Assembly: GCA_048886185.1 (NCBI GenBank)
Contig: JBHLKY010000008.1
Span: forward strand, 1-32,000
Direction: 5' to 3'
Length of the DNA stretch: 32,000 bases
Origin: Candidatus Hermodarchaeota archaeon
GTDB taxonomy: Archaea > Asgardarchaeota > Heimdallarchaeia > Hodarchaeales > Hodarchaeaceae
Shown: piece after piece, positions 25,801 to 32,000 of the stretch
How the letters are laid out: each line of letters begins with the position of its first letter
Position numbering within the stretch: the stretch's first letter is position 1
The notes under the pieces: generated by a model
Told to the model about the DNA's origin: nothing
Databases searched by the model: none
Seen by the model: only the letters and a program-made list of their open reading frames with translations
Position numbers and translations under genes: made by a program

Positions 25801-27234
25801 TCATGGCTCTAGATCATCAATGGAAAGTTTTCGATCTCCACGATATTTTGGGTGATACATTTTAATGGTTTTTGGCGGAATACGCTTTAACTCATCCTCG
25901 GGAAGATCTGATAATAAATCCCAGGCTAGTTCGAGCGTAGTAAAAATTTCTCTTTCTTCATAATACCCCTGTTGTAGAAACTCATTTTCAAACCGATCAG
26001 CGAAATCTAAATACTTTTTATCCACGCTTGTCAAGCTTTCTTCACCCACCACGGCCACAAGATCTCGTAAATTTCGGCCCAAAGAATATCCTGCGAACAT
26101 CTGATCTGCTACTGGCTTATGAGTCACGTGTGTCCGATTTCGACCTATTCCTTCACGCATCAAACGGCTAAGGCTAGGCATTGGGTCGATAGGTGGATAA
26201 ATACCCCTTCGGTTAAGGTCACGATCAATGATTAACTGCCCCTCTGTAATGTAACCCGAAAGATCAGGAATAGGATGTGTAATGTCATCAGAAGGCATTG
26301 ACAAGATTGGGAGCTGTGTTATTGTACCTTTCTGCCCTTTTATTCGTCCAGCTCTTTCATAAATAGTAGCAAGATCAGTGTAAAGATACCCTGGATATCC
26401 TCGCCGACCAGGAACTTCTTCACGGGCAGCTGAAATTTCACGTAAAGCTTCTGCATAATTTGTCATGTCTGTCAAAATTACTAAGCAATGATAATCATAT
26501 TCAAAAGCCAAATACTCAGCAACAGAAAGAGCAATTCGAGGAGTAATCAACCTTTCTGCAGCTGGAGAATCTGCAAGATTTAAAAATAAAATCACTCGTT
26601 CAAGGGCGCCTGTTTTTTCGAAGTCAAAACGAAAAAATCTAGCCTCTTCGGTTGTAATCCCCATGGCAGCAAAGATCACAGCAAATTCTTCTTCTTTTCC
26701 AAGTACTTTTGCCTGTCTCGCAATTTGTGCTGCAATATTGTTATGAGGCAACCCACTTCCAGAAAAAATTGGCAATTTTTGCCCTCGAATAAGTGTATTC
26801 AGACCATCAATAGATGATATTCCAGTTTGGATGAACTCTCGGGGATATTCTCGTGCATAGGGATTAATAGGGGCTCCTGTTATGTCGAGATGCTCTTCAG
26901 CGAAAATTTGAGGCCCTACATCAATAACCTTTCCACTTCCAGAAAAAACTCGGCCAAGCATATCTTGAGACACTGCAATTTTGATAGTTTCTCCAAGAAA
27001 TCTAACAGATGTCTTTTGAGTATCGAGACCTTGTGTTCCTTCAAAAACCTGAACTACTGCAATATCTTCGGATACTTCTAACACTTGTCCAGTTCGTCGT
27101 TCACCAATTGGAGTTGTAATATTCACAATCTCACCATAAGAGACCCCTTTGATTTTTTTCACGAAGAGGAGAGGACCAGCAATTGATGAAACTGTTGTAT
27201 AAGTTACAATTGAAGAAAGAGATTCATCTGTCAA
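25801..27234 (-). CDS. atpB: A/V-type ATP synthase subunit B
   Basis: [78 protein letters not shown]. Confidence 0.97.
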   Translation of the reverse strand: MTDESLSSIVTYTTVSSIAGPLLFVKKIKGVSYGEIVNITTPIGERRTGQVLEVSEDIAVVQVFEGTQGLDTQKTSVRFLGETIKIAVSQDMLGRVFSGSGKVIDVGPQIFAEEHLDITGAPINPYAREYPREFIQTGISSIDGLNTLIRGQKLPIFSGSGLPHNNIAAQIARQAKVLGKEEEFAVIFAAMGITTEEARFFRFDFEKTGALERVILFLNLADSPAAERLITPRIALSVAEYLAFEYDYHCLVILTDMTNYAEALREISAAREEVPGRRGYPGYLYTDLATIYERAGRIKGQKGTITQLPILSMPSDDITHPIPDLSGYITEGQLIIDRDLNRRGIYPPIDPMPSLSRLMREGIGRNRTHVTHKPVADQMFAGYSLGRNLRDLVAVVGEESLTSVDKKYLDFADRFENEFLQQGYYEEREIFTTLELAWDLLSDLPEDELKRIPPKTIKMYHPKYRGDRKLSIDDLEP

Positions 27235-27485
27235 AGTTTAACACCGAAAAAACGACTTTTAACCTAATAAAACTCTCACTGAAAGTTTTTCAAAATTGTT
27301 TCGTTCTTTTGTGAGAAGAGTGTATAAATGTTAAATACTAGAATAATCTTTAGATTTAATGAAATAATACAAATATTTGTTTTTCATTCCGTTAATTCAG
27401 AATAACTTCTCCGTACTCTTCTATTCAGGGTTATAATTTCAAATGCCCTTCCTTAAACTTTTTACATCATCTTACGTTTGTTTTT

Positions 27486-28265
27486 CTATATTTCTTCCCA
27501 ATAAGGGAAAAATCCAGCAGAAAACTCTCGCATTAACACTTTTGCTGCTTCTACTAGGTTTGGTTCCCCGCCTCTTAAAACAAGTCCACGTTTTTGCGCA
27601 ATATGAGTAATAATCTCTTCATTATTGAGTGAAAGTGATGGAATAGCATAATGTTGAATGAATCCTTTGGTATGATTAAGTTTTATTCTTTCAATAAAAT
27701 AGAAAGAAGTAGCCAATGGATCTTCAAGATTATCGATAGAAATAGCTCCCATAAAGGCTTGAAGCTCTTTTTCTGGATGATCGAATGGAATGATTCCAGG
27801 TGTGTCATATGCCAAGATTTTTCTTGAAATCCGTATAATTTGTAAATGTCTTGTAATACCAGGTTTTTGTCCTGTAGAAACAACATGCTTACCTCTTAAA
27901 ATATTTAGCAAGCTGCTTTTACCTGTATTTGGGATTCCGACAATCGAAAGAAGTGTCTCTGGTTGATTTCGGGAGAATTGGATAATTTTTTGGCGAAGGA
28001 TTCTTGTACCTTGACGATACCGTGCAGAAATATACACAGTTGGAAACTCACGATCAAATATCATCTTTGTTCGTTCACAAATATGCCTTGGAACTAAATC
28101 ACATTTATTAAGAACGATCAGGAGGGGAATTCCCCTTTCCTTCAGGATTTTCTCGATTGTTGACACCCGACTGAGTGTTGGTAGACGACCATCAACTACT
28201 TCAAGAACCATATCGCTATTTTTTATCATTTCGAATACTTTACGATGTTCTTTTCGGCGTTTCAT
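27486..28265 (-). CDS. Circularly permuted ribosome-biogenesis GTPase (RbgA/YlqF, Nug1/Lsg1-like)
   Basis: G4-G5-G1-G2-G3 order: NKCD, ISAR, GIPNTGKSS, PGIT, DTPG; ATG at 28265 preferred over TTG at 28331. Confidence 0.93.
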   Translation of the reverse strand: MKRRKEHRKVFEMIKNSDMVLEVVDGRLPTLSRVSTIEKILKERGIPLLIVLNKCDLVPRHICERTKMIFDREFPTVYISARYRQGTRILRQKIIQFSRNQPETLLSIVGIPNTGKSSLLNILRGKHVVSTGQKPGITRHLQIIRISRKILAYDTPGIIPFDHPEKELQAFMGAISIDNLEDPLATSFYFIERIKLNHTKGFIQHYAIPSLSLNNEEIITHIAQKRGLVLRGGEPNLVEAAKVLMREFSAGFFPYWEEI

Positions 28266-28399
28266 GTCAAACAGCGGAATAAGACTATTTACGGAGAGGA
28301 TTAAAAAGGTAGTTGGATCCGCTCCTGTCAAGAGAAATGAAATGAATTATAGTATCTATATCATTCTAATACCTTCATTTCCAAGGAATCTGGATCTTT

Positions 28400-28816
28400 A
28401 TGACAACAGAAAAAGATTATATCTCAGCACTTAATCGTGCTCGGAAAAATCTTCCAGCACATGTGTTTGAAAAATCACGATTTCAAATCCCAGAAGCAGA
28501 CGTATTCAAAGAAGGAAATAAAACGTGGATAACGGATTGGAACAGAATCCTGAAAGTATTAAACCGAGAAAATGATGCAGACCATCTAGCAAAACATTTA
28601 GCAAGAGAATTTGCTACTTCTTCAACTGAAGAAAGAGGTCGGTTATGCTTACAGGGCAAATTTTCTAGTGGGATGATAAATCGTGAGTTGGCAGCATATG
28701 TAAAGGATTTTGTACTTTGTGAGGAATGTGGGAAACCCGATACTAAGCTTACTAAAGAAGGACGAATATTAATTAAAGTCTGTGAAGCTTGCGGTGCACG
28801 TGTTGCGGTCAAATAA
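28400..28816 (+). CDS. eif2b: Translation initiation factor aIF2 beta subunit
   Basis: RFQIP, GNKTWI, HLAREFATS, FVLCEECGKPDTKL...CEACGA. Confidence 0.95.
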   Translation: MTTEKDYISALNRARKNLPAHVFEKSRFQIPEADVFKEGNKTWITDWNRILKVLNRENDADHLAKHLAREFATSSTEERGRLCLQGKFSSGMINRELAAYVKDFVLCEECGKPDTKLTKEGRILIKVCEACGARVAVK

Positions 28817-28847
28817 ATCTCCTCAGCAGGTAATAACGCCTAATCGC

Positions 28848-29159
28848 GTGTATTTCAAAATCCATCGAAAAGATAATGTCGAAATCTTGGCTTTATGTGA
28901 TGAAGTGCTGCTAGGCCAAGAGTTGTTTAATGAAAAAGCACGAATGAGAATTCCAGCTGATTTTTATCGTGGTAAAGAAATTTCAGCATTAGATGCTCTA
29001 AGATTAATGCGAAATTATACGAATGTAAATGCTATAGGGTCTGTACTCGAACTTGGTATTCAAGAAAACCTCATAAACGAAGATGCCATCATTTGGTTTA
29101 CTACATCAGAAGGAAGAAAAATCCCACATTTACTGATATTCTCTATTCCCCCTATATAG
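28848..29159 (+). CDS. DUF424 family protein
   Basis: VYFKIH...ILALCDEVLLG...FYRG...NAIG...IPH; conserved between aIF2beta and Nmd3; GTG at 28848 avoids overlap (ORF track starts at 28782). Confidence 0.8.
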   Translation: MYFKIHRKDNVEILALCDEVLLGQELFNEKARMRIPADFYRGKEISALDALRLMRNYTNVNAIGSVLELGIQENLINEDAIIWFTTSEGRKIPHLLIFSIPPI

Positions 29160-29176
29160 TTATTGGATGGCCTACA

Positions 29177-30277
29177 ATGGCTAATTTGGCATCTCAATGC
29201 ATTTCATGTGGTTCACGAGAAATTTTTTTCGAAAGACTATGTCAACGATGTTACTTGGAGTCTTATCCAGTCTTAAATCGAAAAAAAGAATTGTATATAA
29301 CTGCTTGTGAACGATGTGAATTGCTTTCAATTAGGGGGCAATGGTCAAATTTCTATTTAGCTGATTTAGGTGAATCCTCGATTAACACAAAGCTTGCTAT
29401 GCTTCTTTTACAAGAATGGGAATTTTATTATCGTCCAACAGAAATTCAAATTCGTGAAATAAAAGTTTCTTCTGGAAATGAAGGAGTTTTATCACGTATA
29501 GATGGCATAATTGACATTCATGCCAGCCCAGATGCCTTTGTTCCTCTGATGACAATTTCAGAAGACTTTATAATAAATATTGAGTGGGGAGAGTGCTCTG
29601 AATGCCGAACTCGCCTCACTGGATCCTATTCTTCTAAAATTCAGATTCGATCACCTAATGAGGTTGAAAAAAAGCAACTCGAAGCTTGGAGTGTTGAGAT
29701 AGAAAATATGAGTCAATCCTATCTCTTAACAGATGGAAAAAATCCACTCTTCAAGATTGATTTTCTAAAATCAGGCTTAGACGCATTATTTCGATCAAGA
29801 AACACGGCTAATTCTGTAGGACGAGAATTTGCTAAAAAGTGCGGGGGTGTCGTTAGTGTTACCACAGAATTTTCAGGTTTTGATAAATCCAAATCTAAAG
29901 AATATCCAAGAAAACCAGTCGTTTTGATCACGCTACCAGATTTTCGTCCTGGAGACATAATGATTTTTAATGATAAGCCGATTCTAATTTTAGGATATGA
30001 CTCCAAAGTGGAATTATGGGATTACAAAAAGAAAACTAAGGAAAAAATTCCCCTTAAAACCTTTATAGCTGCCAAACCAGAGATTTTACAGGAAGAGTTT
30101 GAAGAGTTTCAATTGATAAATTTTGAACAAAAAGGAACTCTTGCACAAATCATGAACACTAACAATTTTGAAACATATTACATTGAATCTATTGAGGTTT
30201 CAGATCTTATAGAAGGTGCAACTTTCGAAGGAATACTATATGATGGAATTTTACTCAGAAAACAAAAGAAGGCTTAA
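29177..30277 (+). CDS. nmd3: 60S export/biogenesis factor Nmd3 homolog
   Basis: CISCG...LCQRC, CERC, CSEC...YSSKIQIR, C-terminal OB/eIF5A-like region; ATG at 29177. Confidence 0.9.
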   Translation: MANLASQCISCGSREIFFERLCQRCYLESYPVLNRKKELYITACERCELLSIRGQWSNFYLADLGESSINTKLAMLLLQEWEFYYRPTEIQIREIKVSSGNEGVLSRIDGIIDIHASPDAFVPLMTISEDFIINIEWGECSECRTRLTGSYSSKIQIRSPNEVEKKQLEAWSVEIENMSQSYLLTDGKNPLFKIDFLKSGLDALFRSRNTANSVGREFAKKCGGVVSVTTEFSGFDKSKSKEYPRKPVVLITLPDFRPGDIMIFNDKPILILGYDSKVELWDYKKKTKEKIPLKTFIAAKPEILQEEFEEFQLINFEQKGTLAQIMNTNNFETYYIESIEVSDLIEGATFEGILYDGILLRKQKKA

Positions 30278-30307
30278 GTGTTACAGTAAAGCATAGGAAG
30301 ACTCGAA

Positions 30308-31687
30308 GTGAATAATTATGACTTTTCTAAAGATTTAAAGGTCATTATCGAATCAGCAGCAACCATAATATCATATTATGAAGAAAAACAAGTGTCCTTA
30401 AGAAATGCTATGAAAATTCTACCTAATTTAATTGAGCACTTACCTCCTGATACATATTCACACATTCATGCACTCGTTTTTGAGACTGTTAGACATCAGA
30501 ATGTAATTAATCGGATTATTCATCTTTATTTTCACCGCTATCTTTCAGATAGAATCTCTTCTGAGCTTCGTAACTTGCTACGTGCTATTACATATCTTTT
30601 GACTCTTTCATCTAACAGTACTAGTTACCATCTTTGGGAAGAAATTCGGGAAATCACTCTTGGTTCTATTAACGATCCAAAAATTGTACCTCTAGTTGAA
30701 AATTACTTTGAAATCCTTAGGAATTGGAATTTCGATTCACTACTAGATACTCTGGATGATCCTCAAGAAAAAATGGCAGTTCTTTATTCTCATCCTACTT
30801 GGTTGGTACGTGATTGGATTAATTATTATGGATTAGAAACTACAAAAAAAATCTTAGACTCTAATAATCTTGACCAACAAGTTTATTTGCGGCTTAACTT
30901 ACTAAATCACCAAAAAATCGAAATTATTAACCAATTACAAGAGGAGGAAGTAGAAATTGAGCAAGATCAACATCTTTCTGATTTGTTAAGAGTAATTTCT
31001 TGGAAAAATCCAATCCCCCGTCTACCTTCCTTTAATAAGGGATTTTATTATATGCAGGATAAAGGATCAGCATTAATTTCTCATATTCTAGATCCAAAGG
31101 TTAATGAGGTTATATTAGATGCTTGCGCCGCACCAGGTGGAAAAACCCTTCACATTGCTACACTACAACAGGACTCTGGAACAATAATTGCCTTAGATAA
31201 CCATTTTCGGAGATTAATGGAATTAGTAAAAAAAGTTAAAATGTTTAGACTGGAAAGCATTTCACCAATCCTTTATGATTTACGCTTATGCCTTAATTTT
31301 AATATTAAATTTGATAAAATTCTTTTAGATGCTCCCTGTTCTGGATCAGGAACCTTTGCATCACGACCAGATGCTAAATGGCGAGTAGATCGTCATCAAA
31401 TCAAATGGTTAAGTAAATTACAATATACCCTTTTATCAAACACTTCTACTTTACTCAAGCCCATTCCTAGCGCATCTTTAGTCTATGCTACCTGTTCTCT
31501 TCATCCTCTTGAGAATGAATCAGTAATTAATAAATTCCTTACAAGTCACCCAAACTTCTTCTTACAACCACAGAAGATCTTTATTGGGAGACCCATCCCT
31601 GCATTTCCTCTAGGACAACGTCTTTTCCCTCACATTAACCAAACTGAAGGATTTACGATTTTTAAACTTGGATTAGAATCTGATTAA
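30308..31687 (+). CDS. RsmB/NOL1/NOP2/Sun (NSUN) RNA m5C methyltransferase with NusB-like N-terminus
   Basis: YMQDKGS, LDACAAPGGKT, ILLDAPCSGSG, LVYATCSL...ENE. Confidence 0.95.
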   Translation: MNNYDFSKDLKVIIESAATIISYYEEKQVSLRNAMKILPNLIEHLPPDTYSHIHALVFETVRHQNVINRIIHLYFHRYLSDRISSELRNLLRAITYLLTLSSNSTSYHLWEEIREITLGSINDPKIVPLVENYFEILRNWNFDSLLDTLDDPQEKMAVLYSHPTWLVRDWINYYGLETTKKILDSNNLDQQVYLRLNLLNHQKIEIINQLQEEEVEIEQDQHLSDLLRVISWKNPIPRLPSFNKGFYYMQDKGSALISHILDPKVNEVILDACAAPGGKTLHIATLQQDSGTIIALDNHFRRLMELVKKVKMFRLESISPILYDLRLCLNFNIKFDKILLDAPCSGSGTFASRPDAKWRVDRHQIKWLSKLQYTLLSNTSTLLKPIPSASLVYATCSLHPLENESVINKFLTSHPNFFLQPQKIFIGRPIPAFPLGQRLFPHINQTEGFTIFKLGLESD

Positions 31688-32000
31688 CCAAAAAATTCCA
31701 TTAGATTTACCTGTCCTGAAGCAATTTCATTAACATCAATATCTAGAGCTCCAAATAACTGGTCAAAAATAGAATCTACCATGGACTTATACGCTTTTAC
31801 ATCAAATTTGGATTTATCAGTTATCAAAGCGAGTGGTGTTACACGATCCCCTGTCTCTGTTTTAACAAAATGAATTAATTGCCCTGCTTTTACAAAAGGA
31901 GTCTTACTCTTTTTTCCCTCATGTTTCGCTTTATATTGCTTTTGATATAGATTTTCCAGCTGGTTAGCAGCCTTTACGTGTTGTGATCTCACTTTATACC
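31684..32000 (-). CDS. Family B DNA polymerase (PolB1-like), C-terminal fragment; gene begins beyond the window
   Basis: Frame open to the window edge (YKVRSQHVKAA); GQLIHFVKT, KFDVKAY...FDQLFGAL...LMEFF resembles the PolB1 C-terminus. Confidence 0.8.
   Translation of the reverse strand, partial: YKVRSQHVKAANQLENLYQKQYKAKHEGKKSKTPFVKAGQLIHFVKTETGDRVTPLALITDKSKFDVKAYKSMVDSIFDQLFGALDIDVNEIASGQVNLMEFFG

Noticed and set aside
28483-28812. 109-aa antisense ORF; likewise the other 60-125 aa ORFs nested in or antisense to real genes (e.g. 102, 2925, 5921, 12807, 22254, 26827, 29719)
   Set aside because: Shadow ORFs overlapping well-supported genes, with no motifs of their own.
31684-31992. Stand-alone 102-aa protein as given in the ORF track
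   Set aside because: The frame is open to the window edge and the sequence matches a PolB C-terminus; it is a truncated view of a longer gene.
1-32000. CRISPR arrays, rRNA, IS elements/transposases, integrases
   Set aside because: No regularly spaced direct repeats, GC-rich structured RNA tracts, terminal inverted repeats or transposase/integrase motifs were seen.

Overview
AT-rich, gene-dense archaeal window, almost certainly from an Asgard archaeon. This is inferred from the co-occurrence of Arf-like GTPases, Roadblock/MglA pairs, a eukaryote-type E1/E2/JAMM set, an ESCRT-II Vps22/36-like gene and archaeal informational genes; Heimdallarchaeia is a guess. The flanks are housekeeping: IMPase, THUMP, Cgi121, PRTase, archaeal ThrRS; Gins51-rps27e-aIF2alpha-nop10-Ard1; atpB, RbgA-like GTPase, aIF2beta-DUF424-Nmd3-NSUN and the 3' end of PolB1. 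The standout is the ~10 kb block at 7.6-17.7 kb, a self-contained ubiquitin-like conjugation locus. It encodes a di-Gly Ubl with mixed UFM1/ubiquitin features, a UBA3-like E1, a canonical E2, a JAMM protease and a Zn-ribbon/UEV-like protein. It also encodes a 587-aa putative E3 whose tandem winged helices resemble UFL1/DDRGK1 and which carries NOT4-type C4C4 RING(s). Neighbours are a CCDC47 (PAT complex)-like membrane protein, two Arf-like GTPases and an SPFH + Vps22/36 pair. Together these suggest a possible archaeal precursor of UFMylation and ribosome-translocon quality control. All homology calls are by-eye motif and remembered-sequence comparisons; no database search was run. No CRISPR array, rRNA, intact tRNA or mobile element was seen.
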